Origin: Octopus bimaculoides
Lineage: Eukaryota
Direction: 5' to 3'
Length of the DNA stretch: 64,000 bases
NCBI RefSeq assembly: GCF_001194135.2
Contig: NC_068993.1
Coordinates: 35,873,880-35,937,879 of the forward strand
The notes beneath the pieces were generated by a model. That model saw only the letters and a list, made by a program, of their open reading frames with translations. It had not been told where the DNA came from and ran no database searches. A program made the translations under genes and the position numbers. Below, piece by piece: positions 51,428-63,485 of this stretch (position 1 is its first letter; every line of letters begins with the position of its first letter).

Positions 51428-52335
51428 TACGATAGGTATTGCATGATGCTTTATTTGGCGGGAATGTTGTTTTGAGGTTTGATAACTACAAATCTTAAAT
51501 CTACTCAAATCTCAAGAATCTTTTTCTTGGGATTATTGCACAATACAGAATCTTTTCTACTCTAGGCACAAAGCCTGAAATTTTTGGAGAGGATTCCAGT
51601 CGGTTAGATCAACCCCAGTACGCAACTGTTACTTAATTTATCGACCCCGAAAGGATTAAAAGGCAAAGTCGACCTCAGCGGGATTTGAACTCAGAACGTA
51701 AAGATAGAAGAAATACCGCTAAGTATTTCGCCCGGCGTGCGAACGTTTCTGCCAGCTCGCCGCCTTTATTGCACAATACAAAATGGCACTTTTCTGTAGA
51801 TCGATTAAACATTTTTCAGTTCCAGTATCCATCTGTATCTTAGGTAGCAGCTTTGATGTTATGCCAAGTGCACCAATTACCATAGGAACAATTGCCACCT
51901 TTGTCGTCCAGAATCATTTCATCTCTCAGATTAAGCCCTGATATTTCTCAATTTTCTAAATTTATTCGGCATCCACTCTGCTATCATACGGCATTACAAT
52001 GTCTATAACAAGACACTGTTCATTTTTTTGTATTTTATTTTTGTCCTCTATATTCATATCTGGTCTCCTTGCTTCAACAATATGAAGGTTTTCTGAAGAA
52101 AATCCCATAACATCTTGTAACAATTATTCACCATCACAGCCTCTGAATCAAGTTCGCTCCCCTTTCCTATCATTTTGAATCCACACACTCAGCTAACATC
52201 TCAAAGCACTCTTTTACCGACACAGTCGTACATACTTATATCTTTTTGTGCTATATGCTTAATACTTTCGTTTCCTTTCCCACAGATTCTGTATTTCCAC
52301 TCTGGCTGAGTTTTATCAGTTTTTACCTTGCGACA
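51428..52335 (-). mobile_element. R4/Dong-type LINE 3' fragment interrupted by a SINE
   Basis: Minus translation LWDF..RRPDM..CLVIDIVMPYDSRVDAE..KIEKYQGL..FWTTKVAIVPMVIGALG. It ends in a (TGA/TAA)n tail. Confidence 0.75.
51548..51765 (-). mobile_element. SINE family A, full length with a 15-bp TSD
   Basis: The perfect TSD ttattgcacaataca is at 51533-51547 and 51766-51780. The head is aggcggcgagctggcagaaacgttcgcacgccgggcgaaat. Confidence 0.92.
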
Positions 52336-52342
52336 CTTTAGA

Positions 52343-52495
52343 TTATGAGTTTAGATTCCAGTGGGTCAACTTTTTCTTTCATCCTTTCGTGGCCAATAAA
52401 ATAAAGCACCAAGTAAGTTATAGGATCAATACTATTGACTTGCCCCCTATCCTTAAAATTGTTTGCCTTCTGTCAAAATTAGAAAGAAGAATTAT
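52343..52495 (+). mobile_element. SINE family A, degenerate partial copy
   Basis: tatgagtttagattcc..gtcaactttttctttcatcctttcgtggccaataaaataaagcacca. Confidence 0.65.
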
Positions 52496-55400
52496 TATAG
52501 TCATTATCGCTGCTGTTGGTGGTGATGTTGTTATTAATGTTCTGTATTATCAATACACTTCCTTTAAATCACTCGTAAGTTTTGTTTGTTTCAGCAGTAT
52601 TTTAAAAGTCTATTTTGAAACTTTAGTTATTTGCTGTTGCTAAACTGTCCAGGATCCTAAGGAACTGGTCAGTTGTTTTGTTTTCACTCTTCGAAACGAA
52701 ATTTACTAATTTGTACTGGGACTTTCCCATTTAAAAAAAGAAATCAAAACCTGATGCCGAAATTTTTGACAGAATACCCAAGGGTACAGCAATCTTCATG
52801 CTATTTCCTCCATTTTCACCCAAATTTTATCACCACCAAAGCCGGCAGAAACAACAACAACGGCAATGGCAACTAAAATGAAATGGATGATGACAATGAC
52901 ACCCCCACTATAGCCCTGTTACAATAAATAACAGCAACAACAACAACATTGAAAATGAGAAATACAAAACTGAATAGTAACAACATTACCAATAGTGTCA
53001 GTACAGCCGCTACCGCCGCTGCCGCCGCACTGACCAGTGTTAATATAATACCATTAATAATGTCAATATCGTCGCTAGCAAACCGGTTGTTAAGGTTTTG
53101 CTGACGCGGTTTTAATGCAAGAATCAATTTCTCTATCTTCACAGGATTTGTGAAAATGCCAAAAAAATAAATTAGCTAGGTTTGGAGAATTAATATCCAT
53201 AAACATACGGAAACAGATCTAGAAGAACACACAGGAAAAAGTATTGTGTGTAGGTGTGTAGTACTAAAGTTCACAAAAGTGCAGTTATCGAAAATAAAAA
53301 ATCCAACTGAAAAGTGCCTTAAACTAACATGAGACATCAAAATTTCCATTGCGCGACAGAAAACTTCGGCAAAGAAGAGTTGAGATTTCCAACCATGAAT
53401 GAGGACAGGAAGAATTCTATAACACTCATTAAGAATGATGGACTGGTCCTCTCCTCGAAGCGATCTACCGCGATCGAAGAGTTGTAACAATAAAGATGAC
53501 GCCCCTCTCTGTAATGGGAATTAGATAAATTTACTGAGCAGCAAGGAAATATGAAAACGAGTAACTGGCATTTTTGCCAAGAGAGCAGTGAAAATAAAGG
53601 AAATGTCCCTGTTAGCGACAGAAACTCGAGACATTGCAGTAAAGCTGATATCTTTTACAGATTGAAAGCTTGTCAAAATATGTTTATTGGCAATTAGGGC
53701 CATTGTTTGTCGTAAAAAGGAAATATTTATATGTATTTAGAATAAGATATCTGCAAAGAAGATCACATGACTAAGAAATGTCGGCGAATGTTTAAATTTG
53801 TTTAAGAAATTATTGCAAAGATATACCTTGTTTCCTATTGCGTTTTTCTTTAAGTTGAGCTTATTGGGAGCACACATTTGAGAAACACTGATAGCTGTGT
53901 TTAAAATGACGTTAATGTATCGAAATTAATTAAAATCACAACTAATGATATTCCAGCAGTGGTAGGACAGAAAGAAAAGAATCATAGCATTTCTTCAAGG
54001 ACAAATCGAAAGCCTCAAAATCGCACAGAAATTGGATAAAATTCTTTTCAATATCCACATCCTTGAAATTATACCAAATCTTTGAAACTAAAAAAAAATG
54101 TTGTAGATTTTTTTTTTTTTCCTGAATACAGTAAATATGATCGAACGTATGTCATGAATAAAATCGCTCTCAGTTTGAGCAGTTTGTTGGATACGGAGAT
54201 AAAATATGGGTACCTCCTTATTTCTGCAATATACGCTAGATTAACCAACGCCAATGATGCAAAAAGTATTTTCATTGCAAGAAGTAGTGACAATATTCAT
54301 TGAAAGTAGAAATTTGGGTAGTTCACCACAATCATACTTCTGGTTAATTTGCAAATTTGGTATTTCTCGTGAACATTACATTATAAATCAATTTGTATAA
54401 ACATATAATGCGAGATGTGTAATTATATTGTCGCATTTAACAGAACGTTGTAATTGTGGGTACACCAGCTTCAGGAAGAGAAGTGCATGACATTCTTTTT
54501 CACTTCTTAAAAAAGTGAAGATGATTTTTACACTTTGGGATTACGGTCCATGAATTAAGAAATGAATTATGAAAAAAGTTCTCATCCTTTTTTATTTGTT
54601 TGTTTGTTTTTTCGTTTTGTTTTGTTTTTTGCTTGCATGCAAATTAGTTCAAGCCTATTTAATTTAAGGTGAAAGTGGACAATGCATCAGGGAATTAAAA
54701 AAATGGAATTAATTAATTAAGATGGTTTTGACGATATATTGATATCAGAAATTAATTCTGAAGATGTGTCACTATTTGACTTCTATAAAGAAAATATATT
54801 CACCCAAGCATGAAGTTTTCTAACTTAATCATCCACTCGAAAATGTGATGGAATTATTGTTTGGCAGCATTTATCTGTGTGAGCAATTATTTTCATAAAT
54901 GGATCGCAAGAACCATTTGAGAACAAAAGTGACTGATGCTCACCTGGATAATAAAGTCTTCCTATAAAGATTAATGCCCAATTTGGAGGCGCTTTCAAAC
55001 AACATACATACATAGCATCAACTTAAACGTTTTCCGTCGAAATTTAATTTTCTTTCCTAATATAATGAATTTCCCACTATCTAATACGTCATGTTTATGC
55101 TTTTTTTATGCCCTTTTCAGTCGATTCAAATGATACCTAATTTAAATAAATTGCTGCTAATTCGAGTTCTTTTCGTACTAATTAGCATCCATCACTAAAC
55201 AAAAATGATTGACAAACATGCATCATTCATTAGTTTAAGGAAAATTATAGTTACATCTATTTAAAAGGATGAGGCTTCTAATATTTCAAAATTCATATTT
55301 CTTGTGACACTTATCTAATCCACCATCTGCTCCATAAATATGAGAATTCTGCCATGGGTGCAAAACAAAATTGCTAATCTCTGTAAAATTTCTTCCTTTG

Positions 55401-56007
55401 AAGCATAACCCTCTGTAAAATATTCCAGCTGAATATCGTACCAGCGGACAAGTGAGCCACTATAAAAGCACTTTATCTGCTAGAAATAAAAGCTATACTC
55501 TCTCAAATCCTACCTAACCGTTGTAAATTGGACAATAGGGCCTTCTTCTGCTACTTCTTTATCGTCTTCTTAGACCCTCTTTTTCATTTCCATAAAATGT
55601 TGTCGATAACATAAGAGATGCTGAACCTTAGAATCTGGCTAATCTATTTTTACTGCTGGTTCCTATCCATGGCGAAATCAACAACTTCAATAAGACTAAT
55701 ATCACATCTTTTTATATCCTCTCTAATTCAGGAATGGTCTATCTTTAATAAAGCCTCACCAAAACTTTATAACTTTATTTTTGTGACTTAAAAGACTTTC
55801 TGGTTGTATTTTGGTTTTCATTATGTTCAAACTGAATCAGCCTTTTCGAAAATGCTATCAGCTGATAAAATATGTATTATGACAATTGACCATCCTTGTA
55901 TTACTCCCACGTGTATAAAAATACAGGATAGTCACGAACAGACCATCTTTTGCAATAAATCTCTTCATACAGAACTTATCAAATTCAAAATAATTGTTAC
56001 AAATTTT

Positions 56008-56437
56008 GGCAAAAGACGTGCAATATTGGGGCAAAGTGTTAGTCGATTACATCAACCCCCAATACTTACTGGTATTTACTTCATCGATCCGGGAAGGATT
56101 AAAAGCAAAGTCGACTTCGGTAGAATTTGAACTCAGAACGGAAAGACGGATAAAATGCTGCTAAGCATTTTGTCCTGCGTGCTAACAATTTTGGCAGCTC
56201 GCTGCCTTTTCCTAGGCCGAAATAATCCTTTCTGTTATAGGCACACAGCCTGAAATTTTGGGGGAAAGGGCCAGTCGATTACATTGATTCCAGTGTTCAA
56301 CTGGTAGTTATTTTATCGACTCCGAAAGGATGAAAGGCAAAGTAGATCTTGGCAGAATTTGAACTCAGAACGTAACGGCGGNNNNNNNNNNTAAGCATTT
56401 TTCTTGGCGTGCTTACAATTATGCCAGCTCGCCTCCT
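56008..56437 (-). mobile_element. Two tandem family A SINEs (56008-56207 and 56221-56437)
   Basis: Both carry aaagcaaagt.ga..t.gg.agaatttgaactcagaacg and a head ending gccagctcgc..cct. Confidence 0.85.
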
Positions 56438-57428
56438 TTCCTTGGGTCTAAATAATAACAGCCAATTATGTGAAACTATGACTCCCCACGAGGCGGTGGA
56501 TACGATAAAATCTTGGATAGTATACATTTATACACGTCCTTTTATGTACCTTCAAATCCTGCCGAGTTTTATGCTTGGTTTTCATCCCCTTTTGATCGAT
56601 AAAATAAATACCAGATATGCATTGAGATTTTCTTCCTGTAAAAGTTATTAATGATCGGTAAAAAAAGAAAAAATGCTGCCAAATCTTTTCCGATTGATTC
56701 AATAAAAGTAATTACCAGTCCATTCATAAATTATAGACTTTTATCTTTATTAGCTGATATTTTTTTCTTTTTTAAATATGCCAAATATTATTTTTTTTCT
56801 ATAAAAAATTTAGATAAATGAAATGTATTGCTTCACTTCCTTTATCGTTGATACACAAGAAATGGTAATTTATTCTATTTGATTTGAGAGTTAACAAAAC
56901 AAGATCTGTGAAGTTCATGTGTTTTAGAGGGTTAATTACATCAACATAAATATAGCAAATACATTGAAAAATCGAAGCAGATTCGCCAACAAAGTTCTTT
57001 TACCCTTTAATTAACGACATTTTTATAGAATTTATTTGTGAACACTTGCGTTGTTGTGATAAGAATTCTAATTGACCACTCACTAGTTCACTTGTTACGT
57101 AAAATAACAGTTTTCAATACGTTGACCTTTATATTATTCTTATATAACATAACCTGACTGTCCATTGCTATGATGGCGGTAATGGGGATTGTAGTTTATT
57201 TACCAGATCAAATGTCCCATAAGTCAGGCATTATTCTAAAATGAATGTAATGTTAAATGCTGCTTTAGTTATGAAACATCTGGTGCAGTTTCTATATTGA
57301 TTTCATTGAAATATTTCCAAAGGTTCTGCATTTTTCGATATGGAAAGAATTTCGTTGTATTGTTCATGCTTTTTTTCTGTAGTACACTATACACTCATTA
57401 GATGTACCAATAATATTTCTCTTGCCCA

Positions 57429-57625
57429 AGGCGGCGAGCTGACAGAATCGTTAGCACGCCGGGTTAAATGCTTAGCGGCATTCCCTCCGTGTATACGTTC
57501 TGAGTTCAAATTCCGCCGGGGTTGACTTTGCCTTTCATCCTTTCGAGTTCAATAAAATGATTACTACTTGAGTTCTGGGGTCGATGTAATCGATTAACCC
57601 CGAAATTGCTGTGCTTGTGCCAAGA
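57429..57625 (+). mobile_element. SINE family A, full length
   Basis: aggcggcgagctgacagaatcgttagcacgccggg..ctgagttcaaattccgcc. Confidence 0.88.
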
Positions 57626-57812
57626 TTATGAATCAATTTCCTCTTGCTCTATGGTATATATAGTTTTTTTGTTTTTGTTTTTTGTTTTTTCTTATTTTGT
57701 TTACTACACCACTTGCTCATTAGGGCAGTTACCACGTATGCGTGGCTTATAAGTGATCGAGATCGCATTTCCCTTGAACGGGATGCAGACCCGTTGCAGG
57801 GTTCAAAACTGC

Positions 57813-58001
57813 TTTTGAGGGGAGGGGAGCAAGTCTATTACATCGACCCCAGTATTTGCCTGGTACGTTATTTCATCGGCCCGGAAAGAATGAAATTTAA
57901 AGTTGATCACGAAGTGCTTTGAACTCAGAACGTAAAAACCTGGAAGAAATGTTGCTAAGCACTTTGTCAGATATGCTAATGATTCTGCCAGGTTGACACC
58001 T
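57813..58001 (-). mobile_element. SINE family A, degenerate
   Basis: ttacatcgaccccagtatt..ggaaagaatgaaa..tttgaactcagaacgtaaa..gctaatgattctgccagg. Confidence 0.78.
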
Positions 58002-58249
58002 TATATACTTCTATACAGTTTAATATTTGGAAACCAATAATAAAAGTTGATTCCACATCATATAAAAAAAAAAATAAGCTCTAGCGTTGGCAAGAAGGGC
58101 AGGGATTCTAACTAGAAAAGTGTTTTGAAGTTTATATATAGATTTAACTGTTTAATACCTAACATTGTGATCTTGTAACCGATATGTGATGTGAGGTTTT
58201 GTGACATGAATGCTAGTGTCTCTATACATTTGGATCCGATATTGTTAGA

Positions 58250-58252
58250 TTT

Positions 58253-58288
<36 letters not shown>

Positions 58289-58689
58289 CTTATATCTCCC
58301 TCTTTCTTTCTCTCTCTCTCTCTCTCCTTATTTCTCCCCATTTTCTGTCTCTCTCTCTCTTTCTCTTTCTCTCTCATTCTGCATTTCCCACTATATCTTT
58401 CACTTGTTCTCTCTCTTTCTTATTCCCATTCTATCACTCCACATTCTCATTTTTAACTTTCTTTTTCTGTCTACCACTTTCTCTTTTTCCCTCTTTCTCA
58501 CTCTTTATCTTTCACTCTCACTGATTCTCTCTCTCCCTCTCCCTCTCTCTCTCTCTCATTCTGTCTCCCCGGCTCTACATCTCTCATTCTCTACCTCTCT
58601 TCCTCACTCTATATCTCTCATTCGATTTTTCACTGTCCTTCTTTCTCTGTCTTGCCTTCCCTCCTCTAACTCTCACTCTTTCTTTTTGA

Positions 58690-58730
<41 letters not shown>

Positions 58731-59022
58731 TTTCACACTCTATAACTCCTATTGTGTCTCTCACTGTCACTCCCTTATCGATGACTATAGCTACTAATAT
58801 AAAGATTCTACCACACCCAACAGCCTTTTCTCCCACTCTCTTACTCTCATCTATCTATCTATCTTTCTTTCACTTTAAATCTCTCATTTAACTTTCTCTC
58901 CCTCTCTTTCTCACTTTGTCTTCTATGCTATTTCTCCCTACCATTCCTTTTCTGTCTTCCCTTCTGTTTCTCTTTCTCTATTTCTTTTCTGTCTTTCTTT
59001 CTCTCTCTCTTTCACTTTCTTT

Positions 59023-59057
<35 letters not shown>

Positions 59058-59100
59058 GTCGCGCACGCCGTCTCTCTATACCTCTCTCTATCTCCATCTA
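58250..59100. repeat. Long (TC)n-derived polypyrimidine low-complexity region
   Basis: Seen directly; source of the SLSL ORFs. Confidence 0.9.
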
Positions 59101-59761
59101 CCTCACTATGACAATTCTACCAACATGAATACATTAATACATTTGTGATTTCAAGAATCACTTATCCATCAACATCAAGATATAATCTGATAGAATAAAC
59201 AAAACAAATAAAAACAAATACACGACTAAATACAATAGAAAAGAATTAAAGATTCCAAGTTAATGTGGAAAATCAAACGAGTTAATGTATAAAGAAAAAG
59301 GGGAAAAAACGGGAGAAAAACAACGAAAGCAAAAACAAAATATTGATGGCGGTTCTCTCCCCTTCCCCGATTCTTCCTTTCCTTCTCCCGCCTCTCTCCA
59401 ACTTACCCTTTCTATCTTTCTCTTTGTCTTTCCCCATCTCTTACTCCTAAGTTGATTTCTATTTTCATATTTGTTATTCACATTTTTTTCTCTTTTCTCT
59501 CTGTCGAGATGATTTTCTGTATAGTCTAAAGTTTGGAAACACTAGAGAATGACATAGTAAAGTTAGTTCCTGGTACACTTATATCAATGTATTGCTCTAC
59601 CAAAAAATTATTTATGGTTACTCCAAGATACTAAAATAGGTTAAAGTCATTTTTTTGTTTGTTGGTTGGTTTCTTTGTTATTTCCTGGAAAATGAGATGG
59701 AGAGGTGCAGTATTTATTTCTCAAAGACATCTAGATCTCTATATAATAATGATAATAATAA

Positions 59762-59892
59762 TGGTTTCAAATTTTGGCACAATGAAAGGCAAAATCGTCC
59801 ACGGCGGGATTTGAACTCAGAACGTAAGAGTGGACGAAATGCCGCTAAGCATTTTACCCAGTTTGCTAATGATTCTGCCACCTCACCGGCCT
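59762..59892 (-). mobile_element. SINE family A, head with internal deletion
   Basis: tgaaaggcaaaatcgtccacggcgggatttgaactcagaacgtaa..gctaatgattctgccacctcaccggcc. Confidence 0.78.
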
Positions 59893-59994
59893 TAATATAT
59901 ACTAGTTGAACCCGTGAAAAATTCACGGAAAACATAAAAAATGTAAGCATCTGTAAACAGTGTCCTGGTGCCATGAGAAATGTCTGTATATTAT

Positions 59995-60141
59995 GACCGC
60001 CTGTCTTTACGTTCTGAGTTCAAATTCTGCCGAGATCGACTTTGCCTTTCGTCCTTTCAGGGTCGATTAAGTATCAGTTGTGTACTGGGGTCGAGCTAAT
60101 CAACTGGCCCCTTCTCCATAAAAAATTCAGAACTAGAAAAG
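59995..60141 (+). mobile_element. SINE family A, 5'-truncated
   Basis: ttacgttctgagttcaaattctgccgagatcgactttgcctttcgtcctttcagggtcga. Confidence 0.8.
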
Positions 60142-60341
60142 TATATTGTGACAGTTACAGAATATAGGAAGTAATGTAACACCAATGGCTATATAATCCA
60201 ACCAAAATATCTATTGCACAAACGTAAACGGAATTAGGGTTAGGTATTTAAGCTTAAAATACATCATACATATTCAAAGAACATTAATGTACAAATTGAA
60301 ATGCAAAAGAAACATTTAAAAACACCAAATGAACGCTGTTA

Positions 60342-60381
<40 letters not shown>

Positions 60382-61294
60382 NNNNNNNNNNNNNNNNNNN
60401 NNNNNNNNNNNNNNNNNNNNNNNNNNNNNNNNNNNNNNNNNNNNNNNNNNNNNNNNNNNNNNNNNNNNNNNNNNNNNNNNNNNNNNNNNNNNNNNNNNNN
60501 NNNNNNNNNNNNNNNNNNNNNNNNNNNNNNNNNNNNNNNNNNNNNNNNNNNNNNNNNNNNNNNNNNNNNNNNNNNNNNNNNNNNNNNNNNNNNNNNNNNN
60601 NNNNNNNNNNNNNNNNNNNNNNNNNNNNNNNNNNNNNNNNNNNNNNNNNNNNNNNNNNNNNNNNNNNNNNNNNNNNNNNNNNNNNNNNNNNNNNNNNNNN
60701 NNNNNNNNNNNNNNNNNNNNNNNNNNNNNNNNNNNNNNNNNNNNNNNNNNNNNNNNNNNNNNNNNNNNNNNNNNNNNNNNNNNNNNNNNNNNNNNNNNNN
60801 NNNNNNNNNNNNNNNNNNNNNNNNNNNNNNNNNNNNNNNNNNNNNNNNNNNNNNNNNNNNNNNNNNNNNNNNNNNNNNNNNNNNNNNNNNNNNNNNNNNN
60901 NNNNNNNNNNNNNNNNNNNNNNNNNNNNNNNNNNNNNNNNNNNNNNNNNNNNNNNNNNNNNNNNNNNNNNNNNNNNNNNNNNNNNNNNNNNNNNNNNNNN
61001 NNNNNNNNNNNNNNNNNNNNNNNNNNNNNNNNNNNNNNNNNNNNNNNNNNNNNNNNNNNNNNNNGTGGGTGGGTGATTGGTTGGATTGCTGGTTGGATGG
61101 CTGGCAGATTTCTCCAATCACGCGTCACATGAAAGAGACACAAAGACTTGATATAAAAATTGCATGATGAGTGCACATACCAGGCTGGATGGGGCAGAGG
61201 CAGAAGGAAGAGAGTGAGTAAATGGCAGAGTAAATATGGGAGGAGTTATACAAATAACAAATTTGTTTTATGTAATTTTATTTTAAGATAATCT

Positions 61295-61440
61295 ATCATC
61301 TTTTACTTAAACTGCGACCATGCTTGGGCACCGCCTTGGTGAGTTTAGTCGAACATATCACACCAAGTACTTGTTTTCTTTTGATTTTTTAAGAATAATA
61401 TATATTCTACCGGCCTCTTTATGTTACGGGACGTTAATAC
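61295..61440 (-). mobile_element. SINE family B, degenerate 3' part
   Basis: actgcgaccatgcttgggcaccgcctt..tttagtcgaac. Confidence 0.6.
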
Positions 61441-61868
61441 TTTTCTTTTGAAAATTAGTAGTTATTTTATCATGAGTACAGGTGCAAGCATGGTTGTGTA
61501 GTAAGAAGCTTGCTTCCTTTGACTTCCGGTCTCATGTGTTAGTAGTTTCTTACGTGAACAGAGGTGGATGTGGGCCAGCTGTGGTCCGTCCAATTAATGA
61601 AAACAAAGAACATTTAAAGAACTCGCCAAGGCAAGTCGGTTTTGTTGCTCAGCTGAACAATAATTTGTTGTGTATTTTTTTTCAGCAGGTTTTTGTTCAG
61701 CTTTGCGACATTTTCAAACTTCAAGGTAACCTAACTACGTTTAGCGATCTAGAAATAGAAGCCATCAAATAGTTATTATTGTAAGGATTATAGCGTTCCA
61801 AACAGCCATACCAACAAAATCACATTATTTACATTTGACAGATATTTGTCCTCATCTTGTTTGTTGTT

Positions 61869-61914
61869 AACACAACGTTTCGGCTGATATACCCTCCAGC
61901 TTTCATCAGGTGTC
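61869..61914 (-). ncRNA. Minimal type I hammerhead ribozyme motif (PLE-associated)
   Basis: Minus strand reads gacac-CTGATGA-aa-gctg-gagggtatat-cagc-c-GAAA-c-gtt-gtgtt. This gives stem I gacac/gtgtt, both core boxes, stem II gctg/cagc, a palindromic AACGTT in place of stem III, and a GUU cleavage triplet. Confidence 0.75.
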
Positions 61915-61965
61915 TTGAGGAGATTTCAAACCTGGGCTCTCATTCCCAAGGCATTTTTCGATGTA

Positions 61966-62003
<38 letters not shown>

Positions 62004-62016
62004 CATTATTATTATT

Positions 62017-62063
<47 letters not shown>

Positions 62064-62081
62064 TATTATTACTATTATTAC

Positions 62082-62123
<42 letters not shown>
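61966..62123. repeat. Compound (ATT)n/(ATC)n microsatellite inside the PLE 3' module
   Basis: Seen directly. Confidence 0.97.
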
Positions 62124-62124
<1 letters not shown>

Positions 62125-62125
62125 T

Positions 62126-62186
62126 AGGTCACAGCTTGGAATCGAACATGTTATCTTGGAGTTAGTAGCCACTACGCCATATGCCC
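62126..62186 (-). promoter_or_regulatory. tRNA-like internal Pol III promoter (A-box and B-box)
   Basis: A-box TGGCGTAGTGG (62179-62169) fits TRGCNNAGYGG, and B-box GTTCGATTC (62147-62139) fits GTTCRANNC. The 21-nt spacing is shorter than in a tRNA. Confidence 0.7.
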
Positions 62187-62218
62187 GTGGGCAATTATGG
62201 AGTGTGAATTTTTAGGGC

Positions 62219-63485
62219 TTATAAATCTAATATTTTCCTATCCTTCCTTAATACCGGTTCCCATATGCTACTCATATCTGCATTCAGTCTGCTTAGGAGA
62301 TTGTTGTGTGCTAGCATATGTGCTGCTTCTTTCAGTGTTCGTATTTTCCAGTAGTGTTCTCTATCTATTATTTTTCATCCAACAGAAGGAAGTGATCTCC
62401 ATTTTTCCATACATGATCAGCTATACCCGATTTATCAATATCTCCTCGTGTCACAGCTTTACGATGTTCCTCTACCCTTATTTTGTGGGGGCGGCATGTT
62501 TCGCCATTTTATAACCTACCACAGCTGCATGGGATGGAGTACACGCAGTCTTTGGTCATATTCTCTTCTATTGGTGGTTTTACTCGAAGGAGATATTTGC
62601 GAAGTGTTGTATTACTCTTGAATATTGTCCTGATGTCATATGGGCCGCATATCTTTTGTATCTTCTCGGAGAAGCCTTTCACATAAGGTAGACAGACTGT
62701 GGACAGTTCATTGGTTTCCTCCTCTCATTTCTTCATTATTGGAGTGGATAGTACGTTTTGGGGGTAGTTGTTGCTTAATAGATTGTTATTGAGCTTGATC
62801 ATTTCTTCGTGGTGGATATCACGATCGCTACTTATATTCTTTGCTCGCTGTCTTAGGCACTGAGCAATCCCTCTCTTTACACTGTATGGATGGTGGGAAT
62901 TGAAGTTGAAGTTGGCTTGCGGCATACGGATGTCCTGAATCCATACTTGGTGCGTGTTATTAATATGTCCAGGAATGCTAGCTGATTGTCGTTTTCCTTT
63001 TCTATTGTGAACTGTATGGCTGGCTTTATTGAGTTCACATGATTTAAAAGCACTTGGATATCTTCCTGGTGGGGCCAGAGTATAAAGGTGTCATCAACAC
63101 ATCGCAGCCATAGAGTTGGTTTTGGTGGTGTTGATCCTAAAACCAAATTCTCAAAGTATTCCATGTATATATTGGCTATTATCGGAGATAATGGCGAACC
63201 CATAACCAAATTATCTCCTTGTTAATATTTATCAGTGTCCATACTGAAGTAGGTAGTTTCTACTCAGAACGTCAACATTTCCATCATGTTTCTTATTGGT
63301 ATATTAGTGCATGGTTTTAGATGGGTATTTGTCACTAGTTTTCTTGAATCACTGATAGCGCTTCACCAGTTGGGACTTTGGTGAACAGACTTATCACATC
63401 TATACTCACCATCTGGTTGGATTGAATGTGGGTATCTACGGATCACGAGTGATGGAAGCCGATAGAGTGTCTATGATTGCTCGCG
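62219..63485 (-). pseudogene. PLE reverse transcriptase-GIY-YIG endonuclease ORF remnant
   Basis: ORF-track pieces 62877-63209 and 62725-62925 plus flanking frames form a frameshifted RT-EN polyprotein ending WEPVLRKDRKILDL*. Confidence 0.9.

Larger units (their letters stand above)
61828..63485 (-). mobile_element. Penelope-like retroelement (RT plus GIY-YIG), 5'-truncated, with 3' terminal module
   Basis: Minus translation: MVSIDVISLFTKVP; MGSPLSPIIANIYMEYFE..WLRCVDDTF..QFTIEKENDNQLAFLDILI; CLPYVKGFSEKIQKI; CVYSIPCSCGR..GETCRP.KIRVEEHRKAV..KSGIADHVW (GIY-YIG). The stop is at 62219-62221. Confidence 0.92.

Noticed and set aside
62126-62186. Possible functional tRNA gene
   Set aside because: A-B spacing is only 21 nt and there is no complete cloverleaf; treated as a tRNA-derived head. 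The same applies to the SINE heads elsewhere.
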